Positions 20,157-28,930 of a stretch of 64,000 bases of DNA are shown here, one piece after another. The notes under the pieces are model-generated. The model had not been told where the DNA came from. It saw only the letters and a list, made by a program, of their open reading frames with translations, and did not search any database. The stretch lies in NCBI GenBank assembly GCA_963762565.1, contig CAVXLD010000001.1, forward strand, positions 832,001 to 896,000, in the 5' to 3' direction. Position 1 is the first letter of the stretch. Each line of letters starts with the position of its first letter. Made by a program: the position numbers and the translations under genes. Origin of the DNA: an uncultured Verrucomicrobiae bacterium. GTDB lineage: Bacteria; Verrucomicrobiota; Verrucomicrobiia; Chthoniobacterales; JAFAMB01.

Positions 20157-21017
20157 ATGGCTGCTCGCACTTTCTCTTTTCCGATTCGGGCTAATTTACC
20201 TAAGAAACGGGGCGACTATTTCACTCTGGTCTTTCTGCTGCTTTGCCTAGGTTTCTTTCTCATGCCGATCTACGTGATGCTAGTTACTGGTTTGAAGGAA
20301 GCCACTAGCGTCAGCCTGTCGACCATGTGGAACTTGCCCACTCGGCTTAGCGGTGGCGGATTCATGGAGGCATTCGAACGGCTCCGACCGAACATGGGAA
20401 ACAGTCTGATGATTGCTATCCCGGCAACTATCATCTCGGCCTGTTGGGGATCGGTTAATGGCTACTTGTTTGCGAAATGGAAATTTCGAGGATCGAATAT
20501 TCTTTTTGCTATACTCGTCTTTGGTATGTTCATCCCCTATCAGAGTATTCTGATTCCTCTGATTCAATTTCTCGAGATTTTGAAGTTATACGGGACTATT
20601 CCAGGCCTAGTCGCCGTTCATGTAATTTACGGTTTACCCATCGTCAGCCTGATTTTCCGCAATTACTTCGCCAATATACCGGACGAAATGATTGAAGCGG
20701 CCCGCATTGACGGCGCCGGACTCATCCGAATCTTTACCCGGGTCATGTTACCGCTTTCGATGCCCGCTTTCGTCGTGGTGGCTATCTTTCAGTTCACTAA
20801 CATCTGGAATGACTTTCTGTTCGGCGTAACGATCCTACCCAACCCACAATCACAGCCAGTGACAGTGGCCGTAAACAACCTTTCCGGATCGTTTTCGGTG
20901 GATTGGAACGTGGTGATGGCGGGTTCGATCACCGCGGCGCTGCCGACAGCCCTGATCTACATCTTGCTTGGCCGATTCTTTATCCGCGGCCTGCTCGCCG
21001 GGTCTGTTAAGGGGTAA
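20157..21017 (+). CDS. Sugar ABC transporter permease
   Basis: EAARIDGA, WNDFLF, GLLAGSVKG terminus. Confidence 0.93.
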   Translation: MAARTFSFPIRANLPKKRGDYFTLVFLLLCLGFFLMPIYVMLVTGLKEATSVSLSTMWNLPTRLSGGGFMEAFERLRPNMGNSLMIAIPATIISACWGSVNGYLFAKWKFRGSNILFAILVFGMFIPYQSILIPLIQFLEILKLYGTIPGLVAVHVIYGLPIVSLIFRNYFANIPDEMIEAARIDGAGLIRIFTRVMLPLSMPAFVVVAIFQFTNIWNDFLFGVTILPNPQSQPVTVAVNNLSGSFSVDWNVVMAGSITAALPTALIYILLGRFFIRGLLAGSVKG

Positions 21018-21026
21018 GCGCTGCGC

Positions 21027-21172
21027 GAATAGCGAATAGCCAATAGCCAATAGCAGAGCAGAGATACATACATGTAACATGCTCGGATCAGGAGGAGTCA
21101 TGCTTGTAGCCATCGCAGAGCGTTTAGCGTTCACCGTCCCACCTTGGCTATCGGCTATCGGCTATTGGCTAT
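21027..21172. repeat. Inverted heptamer arrays (AATAGCS / GGCTATY)
   Basis: gaatagcgaatagccaatagccaatagc ... ggctatcggctatcggctattggctatt. Confidence 0.8.
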
Positions 21173-21179
21173 TCCCCGC

Positions 21180-22688
21180 ATGAGCCCGCCGCGTTACGAC
21201 CTTGTCATCATCGGGACCGGCATGGGTGGAGGTGTCTTAGCCTACGCGCTCAAAGACACTGGAATCAAAATTCTGCTGATTGAACGGGGCGATTTTCTGC
21301 CTCAGGAGCCGGAGAACTGGAGTCCGGAAGCGGTGTTCGATCATAAACGCTATAAACCGCAAGAAACCTGGTATGATGCGACCGAGAAACCTTTCTCTCC
21401 GGGCGTCCATTATTTCGTCGGCGGGAACACGAAGGTTTATGGCGCGGCTCTTCCTCGGCTCAGAAAGGAAGACTTTGGCGAGCTCGAACACGAAGAAGGG
21501 GTGTCTCCGGCCTGGCCCATCACGTACGAACAACTCGAACCCTACTACGAGCAGGCGGAACAACTGCTATCGGTCCACGGCTCATCCGGCGAAGATCCGA
21601 CCGATCCACCGAGAAAAAATCCGTTCCCGTTTCCGCCGGTACCCCATGAAGCCTATATCGAAGACCTTAAGGGACGGATTCAACGCCAAGGGTTACATCC
21701 TTCTTTTCTACCCATGGGAGTCGACCTTCGTGAAGGCGGTCGTTGTATTCGTTGTAAGACTTGTGATGGCTTCCCATGCCAAGTGCATGCCAAGAGTGAA
21801 GCCGATATCTGCTGTGTGCGGCCTGCTGTTTTATCGGAAAACGTGACCTTGATGACCCGCACCTTTGCCCGTCGTCTGCAGACGGATCCTAGCGGTAAGA
21901 AGACAGAAGCAATCGAAGTAGAACAGAATGGCACTATAACCCTCATCCACGCGGACCGATTTGCGGTCTCCTGTGGCGCCGTGAACTCCTCCGCTTTGTT
22001 GCTGCGATCCGCTTCAACTGCTCATCCCGACGGGCTGGCAAACTCTTCGGGCTTGGTCGGCTGTAACTATATGGTCCACAATAATACGGCTTTGATGGCG
22101 GTAGCACCGGGCCGTATCAATCCGACTACGTTTCAGAAAACCATGGTAGTAAATGATTACTATTTTCGCGGGCCTAACGATTGGAAGTACCCGCTAGGTA
22201 ATCTACAGCTCTTAGGCAAACTCCAGGCCGGAATGTTAACCGCTAGCAAGCCGCTGATCCCGCGGTTTTTATTAAAAGCACTAGCTGACCGCAGTGTCGA
22301 TTGGTGGGTGATGTCGGAGGATTTACCAAGGCCCGAAAATCGAGTGGTGGTGAGCGGTCGCGGCCGGATCAACATACATTGGACACCAACCAACCGCCGG
22401 ACGCATTATCGCCTGATATGCGCCGCGAGAACCATGATGAAGCGAGCCGGCTACCCGATTGTCCTGACTCAAACCATGGGGATCGAAACGAACTCACACC
22501 AGTGCGGTACCGCCCGGTTTGGTAATGACCCTCGTAGCTCGGTGTTAGATCCTTTCTGTCGCACCCACGACGTCGAGAACCTTTACGTTGTCGATAGTTC
22601 GTTCTTCCCGTCTTCAGCCGCCTCCAACCCGGCGCTGACGATTGCGGCTCAGGCATTACGGGTGGCAGAGAAGCTCTCGACTGCTTAG
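21180..22688 (+). CDS. GMC family oxidoreductase
   Basis: GTGMGG Rossmann motif, VGGNTKVYG, CIRCKTCDGFPC, SHQCGT, NPALTI. Confidence 0.93.
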   Translation: MSPPRYDLVIIGTGMGGGVLAYALKDTGIKILLIERGDFLPQEPENWSPEAVFDHKRYKPQETWYDATEKPFSPGVHYFVGGNTKVYGAALPRLRKEDFGELEHEEGVSPAWPITYEQLEPYYEQAEQLLSVHGSSGEDPTDPPRKNPFPFPPVPHEAYIEDLKGRIQRQGLHPSFLPMGVDLREGGRCIRCKTCDGFPCQVHAKSEADICCVRPAVLSENVTLMTRTFARRLQTDPSGKKTEAIEVEQNGTITLIHADRFAVSCGAVNSSALLLRSASTAHPDGLANSSGLVGCNYMVHNNTALMAVAPGRINPTTFQKTMVVNDYYFRGPNDWKYPLGNLQLLGKLQAGMLTASKPLIPRFLLKALADRSVDWWVMSEDLPRPENRVVVSGRGRINIHWTPTNRRTHYRLICAARTMMKRAGYPIVLTQTMGIETNSHQCGTARFGNDPRSSVLDPFCRTHDVENLYVVDSSFFPSSAASNPALTIAAQALRVAEKLSTA

Positions 22689-22718
22689 GCGGTTACATAG
22701 GCGATCAACAGCGACTCT

Positions 22719-23057
22719 TTGACCATGAAATGGTCCGACAGAACAGCCCAGGGCTTTAGCCCTGGGTAACGACGTAACGGCGTGCGCCCTGAAAGTGGCG
22801 CCCGAAGGAGGTGCGCGACCCCGGAGACGATTCCGTACCCACAACGTCTGGATTGCTCAAAACCACTTTGCAATAACACTTATTTTTGATGTTATTATCT
22901 CAATGGATCAGTCCCTTCATCGAACGGCCTTCGATGAGCGCTACGTTTGGGATTAGGAAACGCCGACCCTCGGGCGCCACTTTCAGGGCGCGGTCTTAGG
23001 GGCAAGTTACCCAGGGCTAAAGCCCTGGGCTGTTCTGTACCACCATTTCATAGTCAA
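22719..23057. mobile_element. Long inverted-repeat REP/REPIN-like element (CCCAGGGCTAAAGCCCTGGG family)
   Basis: ~85 bp imperfect inverted arms including acagaacagcccagggctttagccctgggtaac / gttacccagggctaaagccctgggctgttctgt and cgccctgaaagtggcgcccga / tcgggcgccactttcagggcg. Confidence 0.8.
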
Positions 23058-23098
23058 GACCCGCAGGTTTCCCAACGACAAACCGACGGTCTTCACCC

Positions 23099-23527
23099 TT
23101 ATCCCAACAACTTCTTCACCGCCGCATTATGTGCCGCCTGAGGATACATTTTAACAAGTTCTTTATGCAACCGTTCCCGAAACGACTTCGCGGCTTCTGA
23201 CAATGCTGTCAGGGAGTTCTCGCCTACCCCTTCCCCATAACTGGTCGTCACCAAAACCTTTTCGCCTTTTCGCTCAAAACGAATCCAGGCATCTGACTCG
23301 GTGAACTCGAACGTCTCGCTCTGGGTACCACCCTCTAATTTCCTCAGGATCTCCCTGAAACTGGCGGCCAGGTCAATTAATGGGATCCACCCCCACGCCG
23401 CGCTGAAATCCTTCTGCCCAATATGGAAAATCAGATCGCCCAATGCGACCCGGTATCGCAGATCCTCCTCGGTGACGGCAGACCAATCTGTTTCCCGATC
23501 TTCTTTTAAGTGGAAGTCCAAGTGCAT
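23099..23527 (-). CDS. Putative immunity protein for the upstream toxin
   Basis: Small cytoplasmic protein with an acidic N-terminal half, 4 nt downstream of a toxin-like gene; DLRY..LGD..F, WGWIPLID, FEFTESD resemble CdiI-like immunity proteins. Confidence 0.55.
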   Translation of the reverse strand: MHLDFHLKEDRETDWSAVTEEDLRYRVALGDLIFHIGQKDFSAAWGWIPLIDLAASFREILRKLEGGTQSETFEFTESDAWIRFERKGEKVLVTTSYGEGVGENSLTALSEAAKSFRERLHKELVKMYPQAAHNAAVKKLLG

Positions 23528-23531
23528 AGCT

Positions 23532-23930
23532 CTAGAACGGGAATGCCGTGATCACTTCGTTTCGATTGCTGACTACTACCCGGAGGCGAGTCGCGGGCCC
23601 TCCATCGATCGTCGTTCCGATCTGATGCTGAAAATCGTATTCATAGATCGTTCCGGGACGCCCATGAGTGTTGTGGCGGGCGTGTCCGCTACGGACTGCC
23701 TCATTGATCATGTCGCGGAGATTGGCCTCAGTGATTCCGGCCTGGAACTTGCCGGCACCGGTTGCCGTACTATCGGGCCAATGCCGGGCCATAATATGCT
23801 GCAGTGACCAGCGTGTCAGCGTTACCTGACCGGCTCCGTTTTGGACCTGCGCCGTCTGAGCCATGGTTAAGCCCGGCGTCACTAAGAAACCGCAGGCCAC
23901 AAACAAAACAGTTATAAAGCGAAAATTCAT
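23532..23930 (-). CDS. Secreted protein with putative BECR-fold RNase toxin domain
   Basis: Sec-type signal (MNFRFITVLFVACGFLVTPGLTMA) then HIxxRH..KF..YDF..IGT..LRVVV..VITAFP, a pattern seen in polymorphic toxin C-termini. Confidence 0.6.
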   Translation of the reverse strand: MNFRFITVLFVACGFLVTPGLTMAQTAQVQNGAGQVTLTRWSLQHIMARHWPDSTATGAGKFQAGITEANLRDMINEAVRSGHARHNTHGRPGTIYEYDFQHQIGTTIDGGPATRLRVVVSNRNEVITAFPF

Positions 23931-24586
23931 GCTAGTCCTCGCAGCTCAGTGATCACCGTAGCAGGGTCGATCGCGTGAAATACCGCAGTGCCCGCCACTA
24001 AGACATTAGCTCCAGCTTCAATCGCCGTCCGGGCCGTATTCTGGTGAATACCGCCGTCCACTTCGATGTGAAAATCGAGCTGTTGTTCCTCTCGGATCTT
24101 TCTCGCAGCTCTCACTTTTTCCATCATTTCGGGTATAAAAGCCTGCCCGCCGAAACCGGGATTAACGGTCATCACTAGCAGTAGATCAATCTCGCTCAGG
24201 AAAGGCTCGACTTCGCTGAACGGGGTTGGCGGTTTAATGGCGAGCCCAGCCGTCCGTCCGCTGGCGCGAATCGCAGCAGCGGTCGCTCGGACATCGCAGG
24301 GCGCTTCCACATGAAAAGTAATATTCCGAACGAACGGCTGAAACCGAGGGAAAAAATGATCCGGCCTATCAATCATCAAATGGACGTCCAATGGCACCCT
24401 GGCAACTTTGAAGATCGATTCCGCGATGTCCGGGCCCATGGATAAGTTATCTACAAAGTGACCATCCATGATATCGATGTGGAACCAGTCGGCGCCGGCC
24501 TTTTCCATCCGAACGATTTCCTCGCCTATTCTCGAAAAATCGCACGCTAGGACTGAGGGTGCGATGATGATCGGCTTCGTGCTCAC
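23927..24586 (-). CDS. rpe: Ribulose-phosphate 3-epimerase
   Basis: IAPSVL, HIDIMDGHFV, DVHLM, MTVNPGFGGQ, VDGGI. Confidence 0.97.
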   Translation of the reverse strand: MSTKPIIIAPSVLACDFSRIGEEIVRMEKAGADWFHIDIMDGHFVDNLSMGPDIAESIFKVARVPLDVHLMIDRPDHFFPRFQPFVRNITFHVEAPCDVRATAAAIRASGRTAGLAIKPPTPFSEVEPFLSEIDLLLVMTVNPGFGGQAFIPEMMEKVRAARKIREEQQLDFHIEVDGGIHQNTARTAIEAGANVLVAGTAVFHAIDPATVITELRGLA

Positions 24587-24648
24587 GTTGCTACCTGGAT
24601 TTTCACCACAAGGTCACAAAGACACAAAGCAGCGTGACCGCAATCAAA

Positions 24649-24851
24649 ACTAGTAGCTAGGAGCTAGAATCTAGGAGCTAGGAGGGAATGGATGCGCGTT
24701 GTTCGAGAGCTCCGGAATCAGTCCACCTGTCCACTTGGTCCACCCTGTCCACTCAGTCCACTCAGTCCACTCAGTCCACTGGCGTTTCGGATCCTCCCTT
24801 GACGTGCCTTACCTTGCCCTCCTAGCTCCTAGATTCTAGCTCCTAGCTCCT
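24649..24851. repeat. Inverted heptamer arrays (CTAGGAG / CTCCTAG) enclosing a 9-mer array (GTCCACTCA)n
   Basis: ctagtagctaggagctagaatctaggag ... gtccactca repeats 24721-24780 ... ctcctagctcctagattctagctcctag. Confidence 0.8.
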
Positions 24852-24916
24852 CCTGAAATGATTTGTCTTTGTAGCTTGGATGCATTTTGTGTGCGATCCA
24901 GGCAAACCAGGTACCA

Positions 24917-25384
24917 ATGTTGGATTTCGAGAGCGACACGTATTTCATGGGAGAAGCGCTTCGCCAGGCACGAAGAGCGTTGGCGGCGGAAGAGGTGCCG
25001 GTCGGCGCGGTCGTAGTATCAGGAGGCAATATCATTGCTCGCGCTTGGAACCAAGTTGAGACCCTTAAGGATGCAACTGCCCATGCCGAAATCCTGGCGA
25101 TCACGCAAGCCGAGAGCGCGATCGGCGACTGGCGCCTCAACGATTGTGATCTGTATGTCACTAAGGAACCTTGCCCCATGTGCGCGGGAGCGATCGTTCA
25201 CGTTCGGCTCCGCCGAGTGATCTTCGGTTGCCCAGATGCGAAAGGAGGCGCCGCCGGCAGCATGATCAATCTTTTGCAAATGCCTCAACTGAACCACCGC
25301 TGTTTGATCACCGCAGGTGTCCGCGAGGAGGAATGCCGCCAACTTCTCCAAGACTTCTTCCGCGATAAACGGGCTAGTGAATAA
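24917..25384 (+). CDS. tadA: tRNA adenosine(34) deaminase
   Basis: EVPVGAV, AHAEI, LYVTKEPCPMCAGAI, D.KGGA. Confidence 0.95.
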   Translation: MLDFESDTYFMGEALRQARRALAAEEVPVGAVVVSGGNIIARAWNQVETLKDATAHAEILAITQAESAIGDWRLNDCDLYVTKEPCPMCAGAIVHVRLRRVIFGCPDAKGGAAGSMINLLQMPQLNHRCLITAGVREEECRQLLQDFFRDKRASE

Positions 25385-25577
25385 ATAGCTGGCCGCCGCG
25401 CCGAGCGAGCTTCTGGCGGCCGGCAATCATCGCCGCTGCTTCATCGGCTGCGACTTTTGCAACCTCACGACTCCCATAGGTCCTATACGTCCCATAGGTC
25501 CCATCCGTTCCCGAGCCCCTGACGATCTACCGCTTCATCGGCTGACCGCCGGCCGTCAACCGCAAACGGCCCCGCCT

Positions 25578-26558
25578 TCACCGAATTAGCATGCAATCAC
25601 CGTAGCTGAAGAACCGGTACTTTGATGCCACTGCTTCCCGATACGCCTCCAGAATAAAATCTCGGCCGGCAAAGGCTGCCACTAACATCAACAACGTGGA
25701 TTTCGGGAGATGAAAGTTCGTCAACAGACTATCCACGCGCCGGAACTCAAAGGGAGGATAGATAAAGATATCGGTCGCCGCCAGACCAGGAACAATCCGC
25801 TGCTTCCGAAGCATCACGGTTTCCAACGTTCTTACCGTGGTTGTACCCACGGCGATTACCCGCTTTGCCGTAGCAATCCGGCCCGCGGCCTCGTTCTCAA
25901 TTTCGAACCACTCCTCATGCATAGGATGCTCGCGAATATCCTCGGTCTTAACCGACAGGAAGGTCCCGATCCCAACTCTTAATGTGATAAACGCATGGGG
26001 AAGAGCAGCCAATAGCTCCGGCGTGAAATGCAAGCCGGCGGTCGGCGCCGCCACGGCTCCGGGCTTGGCGGCAAATACCGTCTGATACCGTTCCGTATCC
26101 TCCGGCTCCGTCTCCCGGTGGATGTAAGGTGGTAACGGCATTTCACCTACGCGAGAAAAATCAATCGGGTCATCGAACTGGATGACTCGTTCCCCCGACG
26201 GTTCAACCTTAAGGACGCTGCCGGAAACAGGTCCATCAGAGAACCGCTTGCCATCTCGGAACCAATGTCCCGGTCGAACCAGGCATCGCCAAGTCCTTGG
26301 GTCGAGCTGCTCCAACAGCAAGAGTTCGGCTTTCCTTTCTCGGAACCGAATTCGAGCCGGAATCACCTTGGTGTTATTGAGGACTAACAACTCCTCAGGT
26401 CCAACAAACTCCGGAATATCGCAGAACAAATGATGAGTGATACTTTGTTTCTCCCGATCAAGCACCATCATCTTGGCCTGATCCCGGACCGGCGCCGGAC
26501 GCGAGGCAATCAGCCCCGGAGGCAATTTGTAATCGTAGTCTGCAGTCAGGAAACTCAT
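25578..26558 (-). CDS. queA: S-adenosylmethionine:tRNA ribosyltransferase-isomerase
   Basis: NNTKVIPAR, PLPPYI, YQTVFA..PGAVAAPTAGLHFT, TNFHLPKSTL, YRFFSYGD. Confidence 0.97.
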   Translation of the reverse strand: MSFLTADYDYKLPPGLIASRPAPVRDQAKMMVLDREKQSITHHLFCDIPEFVGPEELLVLNNTKVIPARIRFRERKAELLLLEQLDPRTWRCLVRPGHWFRDGKRFSDGPVSGSVLKVEPSGERVIQFDDPIDFSRVGEMPLPPYIHRETEPEDTERYQTVFAAKPGAVAAPTAGLHFTPELLAALPHAFITLRVGIGTFLSVKTEDIREHPMHEEWFEIENEAAGRIATAKRVIAVGTTTVRTLETVMLRKQRIVPGLAATDIFIYPPFEFRRVDSLLTNFHLPKSTLLMLVAAFAGRDFILEAYREAVASKYRFFSYGDCMLIR

Positions 26559-26729
26559 GCTAACGGATCAGTCACTAAATGAAACGCGAACCGTGAATAA
26601 ATGCCACCGAGAACGGACCAGATAAAACGCGAATAAACACGAACGGAAAGGAATAGAATTTCTTCAGGCGCTCACAAAGGACCTAGGCAATGCTGGACTG
26701 TTCGGGCCGAGGCGAAACAATAAAACGAA

Positions 26730-27071
26730 CCGCAGATGAACGCAGATTTTACGCAGATACGAGGCATAAACCGGGCGAAACACGATTGTCCATTGGCGAT
26801 CCGAGGACACTAAGAGGGTAATATCCGCAGATTACACAGATTACGCAGATTACGATTTAAGGTTTGAGCGGGCTTTTTGGGGAAACGAAACCGTCACTAG
26901 GCGGTGTTTAGCTCACGACCCGTATTAAGGCTCCAGACGAAATCTGCGTAATCTGCGTAATCTGCGGATAATTCATCTCAGGAAAACGTTAGTCCAAGTA
27001 GGCTAGGCTGCTCCAGCGCGTCGCCTGTCGGGGTGTCTTCCCGGTTCATTTTATCTGCGTTAATCTGCGGT
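26730..27071. repeat. Nested inverted 9/10-mer arrays (CGCAGATTA / TAATCTGCG)
   Basis: Outer ccgcagatgaacgcagat ... atctgcgttaatctgcgg; inner atccgcagattacacagattacgcagatt ... aatctgcgtaatctgcgtaatctgcggat; same family at 63715-63849. Confidence 0.85.
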
Positions 27072-27090
27072 TGAATGTTCTCGGTGGCCG

Positions 27091-27792
27091 TCATTCGCCC
27101 TCCCAAATCATCTTTTGGGCTCCCGCCGCGATCTCACGTACTGTCTCTTCCGCGGTTTCGTTGCGGCGCAAAAAGCGATCTACTTCATGTGAGACCAGAT
27201 AAGATAGCCGGTTGTAGTTAGCCCCTAGAACATTAGAGGGTCTGGCCACCGCCCGGTCGAAACTCTCAGGCAGTTTCCCAAACCATGAAAGATAGCGTAG
27301 AAACGGGATCACGGATTTCCCAGGGCTGAAGCCCTGGGCTATTCTCCATTATCACGTGTAAGGTGGATGGGAAAATACATACTTTTTTAGCAGGTAGGTA
27401 AGGTAATAAAGCAAACTGACATCCACTGAAGTCGGAATAGAAACCAGTTTCCCATCTACGCTATTGTTCTTAATGACCTGCGGAAAATAGGCGCTGAGTT
27501 TTTCCGGGCTGAAATATCTCGTAAGATAGATGGCGTGCGGCGAGGCTGTCGGCTGCCAAGTCGTATCAATGGAATACACATCGATATCGGATGTCCGAGC
27601 TGCCCAATCGACGAGGAACTCTCCGAGCGCAGTCTCGTACGAGGGCGGTTTCGACACGTACACAACCTGATTACCAGTCTTGCTAGCCCATGCGTCCACC
27701 AGACGACGAGTAACTCTTCCGGCGTCACCAAACTCAGATGAACTCAGCAGGCCGATGGTAACCGCGCGACAATCCGCACCGAATAACAGCAT
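27091..27792 (-). pseudogene. Fragmented sugar ABC substrate-binding protein (trehalose/maltose-type)
   Basis: N-part (DIDVYSID, GKLVSIP, LLKKY..HPP.T*) and C-part (AVARPS..GANYN) with the middle missing; a REP sits at the junction. Confidence 0.75.
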
Positions 27793-27985
27793 GAGGCCCA
27801 GGAAAAAAAGTGGGTTCAGTCTGCGGAACTGTACATAGCGGCGCTCAAGCCATTGACTCGCACAGATTGTTCTGGTTGTTTCTTAGGGCTGCAATCAGCG
27901 TTCCCCTATATCCACGTTTGATTTGTGTGCCCCCTGGTCGACATAGCTAAAAAGGGGCGAGGGGCGAAGTCTGCCGGCTTCAATC

Positions 27986-28732
27986 ATGCGACTATTGCTT
28001 ACAGCCGAACTGCATTACCGCCTATCATGGTTCAAATGGCTGGAAGCGCAAGCCGTTCATTACGAGGCGATCGCGATCTGCGGTGACCTGCTGGACGTGT
28101 TTTACAAGGAGCCGCTAAAGCGTCAAGTACAACGGACAACGAGTTGGCTCCGCGGCCTGGCGGCAAAAACCAGCGTGATCCTTTGTTCAGGTAATCATGA
28201 CACAATCGATATCCCTGTGGAACGCTCTTCCGGTCCGATGCTCACCTGGTTAGCGGACTTAGAATCGGTCGTCACTGTTGATGGCGGCACCAGGGTGATT
28301 TCTGATCAAGTCGTGATTACGAGCCTAGGCTTTGTCGCAACCGCCGCCAAAAAACGCCCGACTTTGGCTAACGGCCATCGATTGCGAAGCGAAAAAGTAC
28401 TGCCTTGGATTGTCCTGCATCATCATCCGCCTTCGTTCCATCAAGGAATCGGGCCCGAGGAGTTAACTGCAGGCAGCCTGATCAAAGAGTTTGCACCAGA
28501 CTTCTGGGCATCAGGGCGGCTTTACGGTCAAGAACTCTTTGTTAAGAGGCGCGGTTGGGTTCAGCGGATAGGCAGCTCAATCGTGTTGAATACCCCACAA
28601 TCGTATGTAGGACAGCAATTGTTAGATGGCTCTTTCCCAAATCACATTGTTCTTGATTTAGCGGCACGACAACTAACTTGGTACTGTGCCTATCAAGAGA
28701 AAGTTGATCAAGAAGCGTTTGATCACGGTTAG
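27986..28732 (+). CDS. Metallophosphoesterase-fold protein with degenerate metal motifs
   Basis: AELH (for DxH), GDLLD, GNHD, HHPP; final GHxH replaced by GRLY. Confidence 0.7.
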   Translation: MRLLLTAELHYRLSWFKWLEAQAVHYEAIAICGDLLDVFYKEPLKRQVQRTTSWLRGLAAKTSVILCSGNHDTIDIPVERSSGPMLTWLADLESVVTVDGGTRVISDQVVITSLGFVATAAKKRPTLANGHRLRSEKVLPWIVLHHHPPSFHQGIGPEELTAGSLIKEFAPDFWASGRLYGQELFVKRRGWVQRIGSSIVLNTPQSYVGQQLLDGSFPNHIVLDLAARQLTWYCAYQEKVDQEAFDHG

Positions 28733-28808
28733 TTCCCAAGATCGCTCAAGCCGTGGAGCGCTGCCTCCATTGAGCTCGTCGAGATGCTCAGGACAGGCCT
28801 CTCAAAAG

Positions 28809-28889
28809 AAAAAGGAGCGCCTCGCTTGCCTTAGAAGCGGAGGCACCCGTCAACTAGTCTGGTTAGTTTCCCCAAACCACCAGACTAAA
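28809..28889 (-). ncRNA. Conserved two-hairpin RNA element, copy 1 (G-loop hairpin plus intrinsic terminator)
   Basis: UAGUCUGGUGGUUU-GGGG-AAACUAACCAGACUA, then GGGUGCCUCCGCUU-CUAAGGC-AAGCGAGGCGCUCCUUUUU; 3' of the porin pseudogene. Confidence 0.65.
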
Positions 28890-28930
28890 CTTGTACAGTC
28901 TTAGGTTCCGCTGATAGAGGCGGAAACTAA

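Noticed and set aside
24721..24780. GTCCACTCA repeats as a CRISPR array
   Set aside because: 9-nt contiguous tandem units with no spacers and no cas genes
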